From Candidatus Latescibacterota bacterium (GTDB lineage Bacteria > Latescibacterota > UBA2968): a stretch of DNA of 64,000 bases. Shown here one piece after another: positions 28,724 to 38,400 of the stretch. The translations under genes were made by a program, and so were the position numbers. Location: contig OZ241986.1 of NCBI GenBank assembly GCA_965204375.1, positions 3,936,001 to 4,000,000 of the forward strand, written 5' to 3'. The notes below the pieces were generated by a model. It ran no database searches. It was given only the letters and a program-made list of their open reading frames with translations, and was not told the origin of the DNA. Each line of letters begins with the position of its first letter. The first letter of the stretch is position 1.

Positions 28724-28940
28724 TTACGGGATCTGTATCAACACACGGTCTCCTTCACTACCTATCAAGATCGGTTCTTGGGAACGATCCCACTGCGTCT
28801 TAGCTGCTTCTGAAACCCAACGTTTCGTGTAAGCCGCCAATTCATTGAGTGTAATCTCCTTATTGATACTGCCACCGCCTGCACCATCTGCTTCTCCCCG
28901 CAGACCCTTGAGCAAATAATACGTGAACAAACCGTGACGC
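28724..28940 (-). pseudogene. Caspase-family C-terminal fragment
   Basis: 'HGLFTYYLLKGLRGEAD...ITLNEL..Y...QEP'. Confidence 0.65.
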
Positions 28941-29037
28941 TTCGACCTCATAGGTACGGGGGACGCGAAAGCGCAGAACGCCTTCGACTGTTTCATTGGG
29001 ATGAATGGTCCCAAGCGTCTCCTTCTCCTGCTGCACC

Positions 29038-29539
29038 TCAAGTCCACGGTTTATGTCTTCCGAGTTTAATATCGGGATTATCCGAACTCAGATGCAATTC
29101 CACATCAATACCCGGGTCAAGTCCAAAAAGTTCTGTAAAAAGGTAGCTCCGTGAAATAGTAGAAAGAATCCTTCCTTGATTCTCTTTTAAAGACTCTCTG
29201 AACTCTAGATCATCTTCTGAAAATTTATCTGGAAAAAGTGCCATCGTGGCAACGTAAAGCTCCAGTATGCCTATAGCCAATAAACCTATACCACCATCAC
29301 TGCCCCATCTGTATTTTTTGATTGACCGTTTTTGTTCTTGGTAATAGGGAGTATATCGCAAATTCAAACCGAATCCATTACCAATGGGCGTGAAGGCCAG
29401 TTTGACCTCTCCGTGTTTCTGAAGTTGTTTCAATTGTTTTCTTTTTCATAACAAGAGGTAGCATTACTGTACAACCAGTCAAACTACATGCCAACAGCGC
29501 AATGAGAATCAGATTCCCAAGATGCTTCAATTTCTTCAT
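29038..29539 (-). pseudogene. Frameshifted lipoprotein gene
   Basis: ATG at 29539 gives MKKLKHLGNLILIALLACSLTGC and stops early; ORF 29038-29433 continues in another frame after an A-rich tract. Confidence 0.55.
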
Positions 29540-29639
29540 GGTGATACTCTCTTTTGGATTTTACTTGTGACGCGCAGGGGTATTGGTCCTTGTTCATAGA
29601 TTGATCAAGGCCAACAGGTATTGAGACTTCTCTTACTGT

Positions 29640-29915
29640 TTACAATCCTGTTTTAGCCTTCAAAATCAAAAACATGATTATAGCACCAATGATGGCAGCC
29701 CACATGAGATATACCAATGTTGCGAGAGGGCCTTTGAGTTTCTTCCCATCGCCGTTGTTGCCATCGCCACCATCGTTGCCAGAGATCTCCGAGACCTTAA
29801 CAGAGAGATAAGTTACCAGAATGAGCAAAAGTACAGATGCCGCTATGATAAAAAAACTCATCCACTGCATGAGTGCCTTTATTTCCTCATACATCCCAAA
29901 AATTACCGCCTCCAA
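29640..29915 (-). CDS. Small two-TM membrane protein
   Basis: Two hydrophobic helices around a Gly/Asn/Asp loop; start uncertain. Confidence 0.55.
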   Translation of the reverse strand: MEAVIFGMYEEIKALMQWMSFFIIAASVLLLILVTYLSVKVSEISGNDGGDGNNGDGKKLKGPLATLVYLMWAAIIGAIIMFLILKAKTGL

Positions 29916-29988
29916 ACCTAAGAGTTGATATATTTGTCCATTTCGTGATCCGAGAGCAGAAACAGAGGACTTGTCGAAAGAATCAAAT

Positions 29989-30606
29989 TTATTTTCCTTC
30001 TATTGCACACAGTAAAACTGCACCTGCAATTCCCAGCCTTCTGTCAAGTAGCCCTTTTTTGTCCATTGAAAAATCAAGATTTATCTTCATGACAAAAGGA
30101 TTGCGGTTTTGTTTAAACTGGCAGACTTCTTCCCCGCTTAATTCCCCCCTGTATGTTTGGGGAACCAGACTCGCCAAAAGGCTGAAGCGACGGAGCAATC
30201 CTGCAAGTAAGGTATCTTCTTTGATATGTCCTATTTCTCTGTCTTCCGCATCCATTATGATCCACTCGTCTCTTAAAAAGAAAGATTTCATACCCTTTCG
30301 TTTCAAAGCCCCCACTTTTGTATCGGTGGCAGGATCGACAACATCATAAGTGGCTGCAAAGTCGATGATTTGTCGAGCTTGAATTGTCAATATCTCTGTG
30401 TGCATATCTTTATCCGTATAAATTCGTATGTCCTCCTTCAATTTAAAAGATTTCATTTTCGAGTAGGACGCCAGGTTACCATTTGGATCGTAAATTTGGA
30501 ACTCTGCCTTCGCACCAAGCGAAGGTGCTATCTTCTTGCGTACAAGATAACTTTCATGGATAAAGACTTCTGAAGTGGATTGCCTGGTCTGTATATCACC
30601 GGTCAT
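29989..30606 (-). CDS. LURP-one/scramblase-like protein
   Basis: 'FKLKEDIR.Y.D', 'IIDFAATYDV.D', 'GALKRKG.KS', 'LDRRLG.A.AVLL.AIE'. Confidence 0.7.
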   Translation of the reverse strand: MTGDIQTRQSTSEVFIHESYLVRKKIAPSLGAKAEFQIYDPNGNLASYSKMKSFKLKEDIRIYTDKDMHTEILTIQARQIIDFAATYDVVDPATDTKVGALKRKGMKSFFLRDEWIIMDAEDREIGHIKEDTLLAGLLRRFSLLASLVPQTYRGELSGEEVCQFKQNRNPFVMKINLDFSMDKKGLLDRRLGIAGAVLLCAIEGK

Positions 30607-30701
30607 TATTCTTGTCTCCTTAAAGTTGCGCTGTCAAACTTCAACGGCTTGTATCGGATCAATAAGTTTGGATGAAGTGCAGATTGAGTCTATTTCGCAT
30701 A

Positions 30702-31181
30702 TCAAAACCATTTGCGTTTCTCAATGATGTAGATTTGTTCAAACTCCTCATCGGACTTTGTCAGGTATATAACCCCTTCAATAAAGGCGATTATGCCAAC
30801 AATTATGTGCGGGGTCCACAACAACATCCAACTCACAGTCCAACCAACTGTATTAATCAGCAAAAAAACTAGTCCAGGTCCCGTGAAGCCGAGATAAAAT
30901 TTATGGATACCCAGGTGACCTAAAAAGATACCGAGAAGTCCTGCTGCTGTTTTGCTTTTCCCTGAAGATGCCAGGCTTGCAGTTAATGAAGATGCCCTGT
31001 TTACAGCTAAGTATATTTCCTTCGCCTGGTTGTCTTCCACGGTAAAATCAACGGACATACCGCGAGCAGGGGGACGATCTCCCTGCCAATCGGATCCATC
31101 GAAACTATATCTCTCACCATCCTCTCCCGAAATCGCGCCAGAGTTAGACTGAACTGAAAAATTCAGTATTTGACCTTTCAT
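30702..31181 (-). CDS. TM2-domain protein with N-terminal cold-shock/OB-like domain
   Basis: 'MKGQIL.F...GAISG.DG.RY.F' plus 'KSK.AAGLLGIFLG.LGIHKFYLG'. Confidence 0.85.
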   Translation of the reverse strand: MKGQILNFSVQSNSGAISGEDGERYSFDGSDWQGDRPPARGMSVDFTVEDNQAKEIYLAVNRASSLTASLASSGKSKTAAGLLGIFLGHLGIHKFYLGFTGPGLVFLLINTVGWTVSWMLLWTPHIIVGIIAFIEGVIYLTKSDEEFEQIYIIEKRKWF

Positions 31182-31230
31182 TGCAATCCCTCCTTTAATA
31201 CTTTAGCCAGTTAAGTGACATGATTACTGC

Positions 31231-31509
31231 CTAATTTGACAATTTCCGTAGCGATATTTTAAACTCGACTTTCTCAATGGCACGATCTACAGCCTCTTTG
31301 AGATCAGGGCGTTTGAAATTAAATACAAACGACCACCTGGCATCGGTACCTTCAACCCGCGACCCTTTTGCCTCGGTGTCAATCTTCAGTTGCGTATCCT
31401 TTGAGGAAATCACGGTAAAGTCAATCATTCGGTAATTGGCACATCCAATTACTGTTAGCCCCAGATACAGAAGTAACATCAATTTGAGGATGGCAATTGC
31501 ACACTTCAT
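31231..31509 (-). CDS. Putative lipoprotein (possibly truncated)
   Basis: ATG at 31509 after GGAG; 'VIGC' lipobox; 'DFTVISSK...P.LKEAVDRAIEK'. Confidence 0.65.
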   Translation of the reverse strand: MKCAIAILKLMLLLYLGLTVIGCANYRMIDFTVISSKDTQLKIDTEAKGSRVEGTDARWSFVFNFKRPDLKEAVDRAIEKVEFKISLRKLSN

Positions 31510-31555
31510 GGTATTATTTTCTCCCAAAGAAAGAGGAACTTTATATTGTGAACAG

Positions 31556-31680
31556 AGCGGATTGCGGGTTGCAGCACCGTTCTCATCTCTGTATGTTGCG
31601 GCGGAAGGCCACAGGCTGCCAAACCGAGCGGCCTTCTGCCATTCCCGCAGGCACAACACATGCCTGCGTTTTTTTGATTT
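31556..31680. repeat. Conserved intergenic element, copy B
   Basis: Homologous to 14293-14416; stem at 31600-31640. Confidence 0.85.
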
Positions 31681-31896
31681 ACACATAATTTACACACCCC
31701 TTCCTTAAGACAATTATATACACAACAAAAAAAGGGTTTGCAATAAAAAATTTTAATTGAATCTACCAAGAGATTACTGGTCCATGATTTTACCTCGATT
31801 GCATGATCGAACAATCTAAAAAGAGCGCGAGATAGACGCGCACGGGCTTGCGTTTTACAGCGTGCGTGTGTATCTTTGCCCGCGAGAAAAACCTTC

Positions 31897-31928
31897 TGGA
31901 TTGCGGCTCGAAACCCTGCCGCGATGAC
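31897..31928 (+). repeat. REP-like palindromic element (copies at 33213-33270, 38352-38383 inverted, 54750-54808)
   Basis: Consensus AAACC..C-TGGATCGCGGCT...GCCGCGATGAC. Confidence 0.8.
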
Positions 31929-31964
31929 AGGCAAAACCGACAACCAAACCCAAAGGAAGGAATA

Positions 31965-33161
31965 ATGTTTGAATCCCTGACCATGGCGCCTGCGGATCCC
32001 ATTATAGGATTGACTGAAGCATTCAAAAATGATCCAAACCCCAACAAAATAAACCTCGGCGTTGGCGTGTACAAAGACGGCGACGGCAACACGCCAATAT
32101 TTGCCTCTGTAAAAACGGCAGAAGAACGCCTACTCGCACATGAAGACACCAAAAATTATCTGGGCATAGAAGGCGACGAAGCGTATAACAAAGCCGTCCA
32201 GGAACTCCTCTGGGGAACAGAACACGAAATACTCACCAGTGGACGCGCGGGAACAGCCCAGGCACCGGGCGGCACGGGCGCATTGCGCATTGCCGGTGAC
32301 TTTATTCATCAACACTATCCCAATGCCCGCGTATGGCTGAGCGACCCCACCTGGGCAAACCACCCCAAAATATTTGAATCTGCCAGTGTACCCACAGAAA
32401 CCTATCGCTATTACAACCCCACATCTTTTGACCTGGACTTCGACGCACTCATCCAGGACCTCGGGCAAATCCCCGCTGGCGATGTCGTCTTGCTACACGG
32501 ATGTTGTCACAACCCGACCGGCGTCGATCCCTCCGCCGAACAATGGGCGCAAATATCCGATGTCGTCGCAGACCGCGGCATCATTCCACTCGTGGACTTT
32601 GCCTATCAGGGCCTGGGCAATGGCCTTGCTGAAGACGCCGTCGGACTCCAATCACTCAGCCGGCCCGGCTGCGAACTCCTCGTCGCCAGTTCCTTCTCCA
32701 AAAACTTTGGCCTCTACCGCGAGCGCACGGGCGCACTGACCATCGTGGGCAAAAACGCCAATACCGTTGAAAAAGCGATGAGCCACATCAAAATCTGCAT
32801 CCGCACAAATTACTCCAACCCACCCTCGCACGGCGCACAGGCAGTCGCAACAGTCCTCAACGACCCCGCCTTGCGGGCACAATGGGACGGCGAAGTAAAA
32901 GCCATGCGCGACCGCATCAACAACATGCGCACCCTATTTGTGGATACCCTCGAAACAAAAGGCGTGCGGCGCGACTTTTCATTTATCGCACACCAGAGAG
33001 GCATGTTCTCTTTCTCCGGGTTGACCCCCGAACAAGTAGAAGCATTGCGCGAGAAATTTTCAATATACATAGTCAGTTCGGGACGCATCAATGTAGCGGG
33101 CATGACAAAGGACAATATCGGGCCGTTGTGTGAAGCGATAGCGGAAGTATTGGGAGATTAA
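31965..33161 (+). CDS. aspC: Aspartate/aromatic aminotransferase
   Basis: 'APADPI.GL', 'KINLGVGVY', 'HNPTG', 'DFAYQG', 'SFSKNFGLY.ER', 'SGRIN'. Confidence 0.95.
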   Translation: MFESLTMAPADPIIGLTEAFKNDPNPNKINLGVGVYKDGDGNTPIFASVKTAEERLLAHEDTKNYLGIEGDEAYNKAVQELLWGTEHEILTSGRAGTAQAPGGTGALRIAGDFIHQHYPNARVWLSDPTWANHPKIFESASVPTETYRYYNPTSFDLDFDALIQDLGQIPAGDVVLLHGCCHNPTGVDPSAEQWAQISDVVADRGIIPLVDFAYQGLGNGLAEDAVGLQSLSRPGCELLVASSFSKNFGLYRERTGALTIVGKNANTVEKAMSHIKICIRTNYSNPPSHGAQAVATVLNDPALRAQWDGEVKAMRDRINNMRTLFVDTLETKGVRRDFSFIAHQRGMFSFSGLTPEQVEALREKFSIYIVSSGRINVAGMTKDNIGPLCEAIAEVLGD

Positions 33162-33163
33162 TC

Positions 33164-33193
33164 CGCAGATGAACGCAGATGAACGCAGATGAA
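33164..33193 (+). repeat. 10-mer tandem repeat CGCAGATGAA (also 38291-38328, ~62701-62730, inverted ~45718-45742)
   Basis: Read directly from the sequence; lies at gene boundaries. Confidence 0.85.
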
Positions 33194-33307
33194 AAGCAAA
33201 AGGCAAAACCTCTGGATCGCGGCTAAGCATGCCCCTGCATGCTTTAAGCAGGGGACCATGCCGCGATGACGGCTCTATAGCGAATGAAGCCCTTCCAAGG
33301 AGAAATC

Positions 33308-34081
33308 ATGACACTCAAAGACCGCGTAGCAATCGTCACTGGCGCAAGCTCTGGCATAGGGCGAGGCATAGCACTAGCACTCGCAGGAGAAGGCGCACAT
33401 GTAGCAGTAGCCGACATACAGGAAACGCCCAAAAAGGGCATCTATCACGACACCGACCTGACCACTTCTACAGTAGAGGAAATAGAAAAACGCGGCGGGA
33501 AAGGGATCTTTGTGCAGACCGACGTATCGAATGACGAAGCGGTACGCAATCTGATCGAACAGACCGTCTCCGAATTTGGCAAACTGGACATCCTAATAAA
33601 CAACGCCGGCATCACAATACCCGGAGGCATTGAAGAAACAACCATCGCCGACTACGACACCGTAATGGGCGTAAACCTTCGGGCACTATATGTAGCCAGC
33701 AAACTCGCCATGCCACACCTGAAAAAACCATCCGGCAGAATCATCCACATCGCATCTGTACAGTCATTTGGCGGTGGCGGCGGACCAGCGTATGCCGCAT
33801 CAAAAGCGGGCGTCGTCAACCTCACGCGAGACACCGCCCTGGAACTGGCCCCCTTTGGCGCAACCGTCAACGCGATCTGCCCGGGCTACATCGAAACGCC
33901 CATACAGGACTATCTCACACCGCAGGAAATTGAAGACTGCAAAGTAAAAACCCCGTTACCCCGCCTGGGATTGCCATCGGACATCGGCAACGCCGCAGTA
34001 TTCTTCGCATCGGACGCCGCCTCCTGGATCACCGGCACAGCCCTACCCGTGGATGGTGGATGGATGGCGTCTATTTTTTAA
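33308..34081 (+). CDS. SDR-family oxidoreductase
   Basis: 'TGASSGIG', 'NNAG', 'YAASK', 'VDGG'. Confidence 0.95.
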   Translation: MTLKDRVAIVTGASSGIGRGIALALAGEGAHVAVADIQETPKKGIYHDTDLTTSTVEEIEKRGGKGIFVQTDVSNDEAVRNLIEQTVSEFGKLDILINNAGITIPGGIEETTIADYDTVMGVNLRALYVASKLAMPHLKKPSGRIIHIASVQSFGGGGGPAYAASKAGVVNLTRDTALELAPFGATVNAICPGYIETPIQDYLTPQEIEDCKVKTPLPRLGLPSDIGNAAVFFASDAASWITGTALPVDGGWMASIF

Positions 34082-34087
34082 TCCGCA

Positions 34088-36562
34088 TCAATGCGGTATC
34101 CCCAACTGATGCATCCGCCGGTGAATCGCTTGACGGGCTTCGATGAAGGGACGTTCCAGATACGCGAGATGGTCCAACTCGCCGTGATGGTGTGTCGCCG
34201 TGCCGGAGGCGTGTCGGGCAGCGGTTTGACGGATGTACGCCAGATCGCCATCGATAAGCGTCAGCATATACTGGGCGGCTTCCAGATCGAACATCCACCA
34301 CTCGCCACCGCAGGCGATGTAAATCGGCGACGTATGGGCGAAAATTCCCCGTCCCCAGCCATCGTGATGGGGAACACTGGTATAATTGGGACCGGCACAT
34401 CGGGCGGCAATCCACGTATGCCCATCCACCTTCACCTTCGCCTTCAGTTCCAATCGCCGCGCACCCTTGTTGTCCTCCGTCGAAGCAACAACGCGCCCTG
34501 CCTGAACGATCTCCAGCGTATGAATCGGAAAAATACTCTCCGCCCACGCTTCGACCTCCACCGTACCTGCCCCCGACAACTGCATTGTATCGCCAACCTG
34601 GTGTCCATCTGCGGTAAGGTGAATAATGGGACCACCGCTGTGAAATGTTCGCCCCTGCGACACACTCTTGCACCAATTATCGTACGTAAATTCCCCATCG
34701 GGCAAATAGGCATACGTGCGGTAAATACCAACGGGCACATCGCTACTCATCTTATCCGTTCCACCAACCAGCGGCAAGCGATAACCGCAGTTGAGATAGC
34801 GGTAGTATTCCAGATGATTGAACGGCGCATGACGCAGCATCTCCACGCCATCTACGCGACCCGTGGCAATCAGTGCCGCAGGCTCCCCATTCGGATTCGG
34901 GAGATGCGGGACAATAACCGAACCGCCCTGCGCATGACACTGATCCGCCCAATCGCTCATCGTGATCTCCAGCGTACCACCCAACTCGGACTCACCCGGA
35001 CCGTCACTACACCACGGCATCACCGGTTCCTTGAGACCCCACAGGATGAGATGCCCCAGAAAATGCTGCCTATTCTCCTGACCAACATAGACGATATTAT
35101 TCCCATCTTGCGAAATACTCGGTCGTCCCGTAAAATCCTCCGTATTGGTAAAAAGATTGCCCCACTGCGACGGAAGCAAATTAACGATATTGAGATCCTC
35201 TCCCTGGGACTCCGTATGACTGCCCTGTGTCGAGAGAAAGTGAACGTGCGAATCCCCGCTATACCATCCCTCTCCATTCATATGAATCCACCGCTTGAGA
35301 CGCAAAGTCAGTTCGCGTTGTCCCGGTTCGATCTTCACCCGCGTCCGCATCGGCTCATACTCAAATCCCCTGGCGACATCCACAATGACCTCGCCGCGCG
35401 GCAACCACCCCTGGCAACGACCGTCAATGTACGCATAGGTGATTTGTCCAAGCCGAAGATCTCCACCGATATCAATATGCCAGCTATCGAGATTGGAATT
35501 GACCTGATTGTGATGACCGTAAGGCTGATAGGGAATCCCCTCCGGCGAGCGGAAATGGACGCGGCAGGGGATGGGCTTGCCCGTATCGTCATCAAGCACA
35601 GTAACGTGAACCCAATTCCGCCCCCGGTCCAGGAGTTCCACGCGCATTCGCGAGGTCTCCACCACCTTCTTCTCCTCAACATCACCCCACTTGACCTCGC
35701 CCACCTTTTCCTCGCCCTGCTTCACCGTCATCGTAGCCGAAGGCGTGGCAGCGACCTCGACATAAGCCGGGCTTGACCTGGGATTCTGCGCCTCTCCCCA
35801 ACCGGCGAAATCATCATTGACGAAATCATCGGCAGACGCTTCGGGCAGTGGATGAACATAAGTTGCCGTCCCTCGATCTACCTCCACGCTGAGATCAAAC
35901 GGTTTTTCCGCATCTTCGGGATGGGTCAAAATCAGGCGCGCTTCGCGCTTCCCGTGTCGCACAAAGGGATATTCTTCAAGATGCGAAAGCGTGACACCAG
36001 CAATAATAAAACGCGGACCATTCGGGATAATCTCCAGCGACTCGACCACGCGATCCGGCAGAGGATTCTCCCACGCCCACAGAAAGTATCCGCGGGACGT
36101 GCCGCGCGACACCTCGGTCTGACGTCGCCCCATATCCTGCCATTTCCCTTCGTAACGCGGCAACAACCGGTCGTTCTGGTCCGGAAGTGCGACAAAGGGC
36201 GCGCCGCCGCTGGATAAATGTGCAATTTCAAAACGCTCGCGGATGGGAATGCGGAATTCTTCACCCTCCGCCATCCGGAACAAATAATCCGCCACGTTCT
36301 CCCCCAATGGACCACCCTCCATCAGATCGGAATCCAGCAAGCGATGGGCAATAATCACGCGGCGTGCCGACTCGTTGATTGGAATTGTCACACCACCAGA
36401 AGCCTCATCCAGCGCGATAAAACAATTCGAACCATCGTCATGTACCAAAAACGGCAAACCGCGGAATAATTGTTTGCCTATAGGAGCATTCGCGTTTGCG
36501 CCCAAAACTTCAAGCCCCGCATTGCACAACGCCGACAAATCGAGAGGTTGATAGTCTGCCAT
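34088..36562 (-). CDS. CehA/McbA-family (PHP-like) metallohydrolase
   Basis: 'ARGFEY', 'WYSGDSHVH', 'GGTD', 'AHTSPIY'; ATG at 36562 after AAGGA. Confidence 0.8.
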   Translation of the reverse strand: MADYQPLDLSALCNAGLEVLGANANAPIGKQLFRGLPFLVHDDGSNCFIALDEASGGVTIPINESARRVIIAHRLLDSDLMEGGPLGENVADYLFRMAEGEEFRIPIRERFEIAHLSSGGAPFVALPDQNDRLLPRYEGKWQDMGRRQTEVSRGTSRGYFLWAWENPLPDRVVESLEIIPNGPRFIIAGVTLSHLEEYPFVRHGKREARLILTHPEDAEKPFDLSVEVDRGTATYVHPLPEASADDFVNDDFAGWGEAQNPRSSPAYVEVAATPSATMTVKQGEEKVGEVKWGDVEEKKVVETSRMRVELLDRGRNWVHVTVLDDDTGKPIPCRVHFRSPEGIPYQPYGHHNQVNSNLDSWHIDIGGDLRLGQITYAYIDGRCQGWLPRGEVIVDVARGFEYEPMRTRVKIEPGQRELTLRLKRWIHMNGEGWYSGDSHVHFLSTQGSHTESQGEDLNIVNLLPSQWGNLFTNTEDFTGRPSISQDGNNIVYVGQENRQHFLGHLILWGLKEPVMPWCSDGPGESELGGTLEITMSDWADQCHAQGGSVIVPHLPNPNGEPAALIATGRVDGVEMLRHAPFNHLEYYRYLNCGYRLPLVGGTDKMSSDVPVGIYRTYAYLPDGEFTYDNWCKSVSQGRTFHSGGPIIHLTADGHQVGDTMQLSGAGTVEVEAWAESIFPIHTLEIVQAGRVVASTEDNKGARRLELKAKVKVDGHTWIAARCAGPNYTSVPHHDGWGRGIFAHTSPIYIACGGEWWMFDLEAAQYMLTLIDGDLAYIRQTAARHASGTATHHHGELDHLAYLERPFIEARQAIHRRMHQLGIPH

Positions 36563-36594
36563 GACAGGTATCCTTTCTTTATAGGGTGTATATC

Positions 36595-38283
36595 TCACAA
36601 AAAATCCAAATCTGCGCCGAGATGAGCGGGCAAAACGCATTTGGCATACAGGTGTCGCCATCCGCGCTCGGGAATTGGCAAAGGAACAAAAGCCTCGCGG
36701 CGACGCGCAAGCTCCGACTCATTGACCAGCAAATCAATGCGGCGTTCTCTTGCATTCAACTCAACCATATCGCCATCGCGAACAAAGGCAAGCGGTCCCC
36801 CTGTCGCCGCCTCGGGAGAACAGTGCAACACCACCGTGCCATAAGACGTCCCACTCATACGCGCATCGGAAATCCGCACCATATCTTTAACTCCTTTTTG
36901 CGCCAAATACTTGGGAATAGGCAGAGACCCCGCCTCCGGAAACCCATCTCCCACGGGACCGGCATTTCGCAAAATCATCACATGATCCGGCGTAATATTG
37001 AGCGCGGGATCATCAATCCGCGCGGATGCATCCTCAGCAGAATCAAAAACAACCGCAGGACCCCGGTGCGCGAGCAATTCCGGAGACGCCGCTGCAACCT
37101 TCAGCACAGCCCCATCCGGCGCCAGATTCCCGCGAACCACAATCAGCGCGCCCGTAGCACCAAGGGGATTATCCAGCGAGCGAATAGTACTTTGCCAGGA
37201 CTGAGGAGGTTGAACCGTCTTCAAATAATCGCCCAACGCCTGCCCTGTAATCGTCGGCACAGAACAATCCAACAGAGACGCCAGCGCCTTGAGCAACGCG
37301 GGAACACCACCCGCATTGTGAAAATCCTCCATATAGCCCACACCTGCGGGCTTGCAATCCACCAGCAACGGCACCCGTTGCGACACCTCGTGCATATCTT
37401 CCAGAGTCAGCCGAGTCCCCGCCCGCCGCGCAATCGCCAGAAGATGCACAATCGCATTCGTAGAACCACCCAGCGCGTGTAGCACCGCAAGCGCATTGAG
37501 AAAAGACGCCCGCGTGAGCAATTGTACGGGCCGGCGTTCCGCACGAGCAAGAGCAACGGCCATGCGCCCAGACCGCACCCCCACGCGCAATCGATCCCCC
37601 GTACCCGAAAGCGGTGTTGCACCACCAGAAACCATCAAACCCAGCGTCTCCACCACACTCGCCATCGTCGAAGCAGTCCCCATAACCATACACGTCCCCG
37701 GCGTACTGCAAAGCGACTGAGTCACACCTTCGATCTGCTCATCGCTCAGTTCCCCAGCGCGAAATTGCGCCCAATAGCGGCGGCAATCTGTACACGCACC
37801 CAATCTCTCACCCTGCCACGAACCCGTTCGCATCGCGCCAGACACCACCTGAACAGCGGGAATATTAGCCGACGCAGCAGCCATCAACTGCGCCGGCACA
37901 GTCTTATCGCAGCCCCCCATCAGCACCACCGCATCCATAGGTTGAGCCGTAATCAGTTCCTCGGTCTCCATAGACAGCAGATTCCGAAAAAGCATCGTCG
38001 TAGGCGAAAAGAAAATCTCATTCAGCGAAATCGTGGGAAACACAAAAGGCAGGCCACCGCCTTCGAAAACCCCGCGCTTGACCGCCTCGATCAAATCCGG
38101 CATATGCCCGTGACAGGGATTGTAATCAGAAGCCGTCGAAGCAATCCCAATAACGGGACGATCCACATCCTCGCCATCATATCCCGCAGCCGCGAGAAAC
38201 GCCCTGCGAATATACTTGCTAAATTCCGGATCGCCGTAGCTCGTCAAATTCCGATTGATACCTGTATCTGTCGATTGGGTCAT
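36595..38283 (-). CDS. IlvD/Edd-family dehydratase
   Basis: 'NPCH', 'GCDKT.PA', 'GTC.VMGTASTM', 'GGSTNA', 'SDARMSGT'. Confidence 0.93.
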   Translation of the reverse strand: MTQSTDTGINRNLTSYGDPEFSKYIRRAFLAAAGYDGEDVDRPVIGIASTASDYNPCHGHMPDLIEAVKRGVFEGGGLPFVFPTISLNEIFFSPTTMLFRNLLSMETEELITAQPMDAVVLMGGCDKTVPAQLMAAASANIPAVQVVSGAMRTGSWQGERLGACTDCRRYWAQFRAGELSDEQIEGVTQSLCSTPGTCMVMGTASTMASVVETLGLMVSGGATPLSGTGDRLRVGVRSGRMAVALARAERRPVQLLTRASFLNALAVLHALGGSTNAIVHLLAIARRAGTRLTLEDMHEVSQRVPLLVDCKPAGVGYMEDFHNAGGVPALLKALASLLDCSVPTITGQALGDYLKTVQPPQSWQSTIRSLDNPLGATGALIVVRGNLAPDGAVLKVAAASPELLAHRGPAVVFDSAEDASARIDDPALNITPDHVMILRNAGPVGDGFPEAGSLPIPKYLAQKGVKDMVRISDARMSGTSYGTVVLHCSPEAATGGPLAFVRDGDMVELNARERRIDLLVNESELARRREAFVPLPIPERGWRHLYAKCVLPAHLGADLDFL

Positions 38284-38400
38284 AGTAATCCGCAGATGAA
38301 CGCAGATGAACGCAGATGAACGCAGATAAATTCAGCCATCAACTTATTGTCGTCATCGCGGCATGATGTTGAGCCGCGATCCAGGAGGTTTTGCTGACCG

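Larger units (their letters stand above)
27553..28778. repeat. ~65-bp direct duplication (27553-27617 and 28715-28778) of a caspase gene 3' end
   Basis: The two copies differ by one substitution and one indel. Confidence 0.9.

Noticed and set aside
33164-33193. Short tandem 7-10-mers (also 38291, 40262, 45574, 59513, 62701) as mini-CRISPRs
   Set aside because: No spacers; they are simple intergenic tandem repeats.
34091-35776. 561-aa plus-strand ORF
   Set aside because: Antisense shadow of the metallohydrolase gene; the same applies to the many other shadow ORFs in the track.
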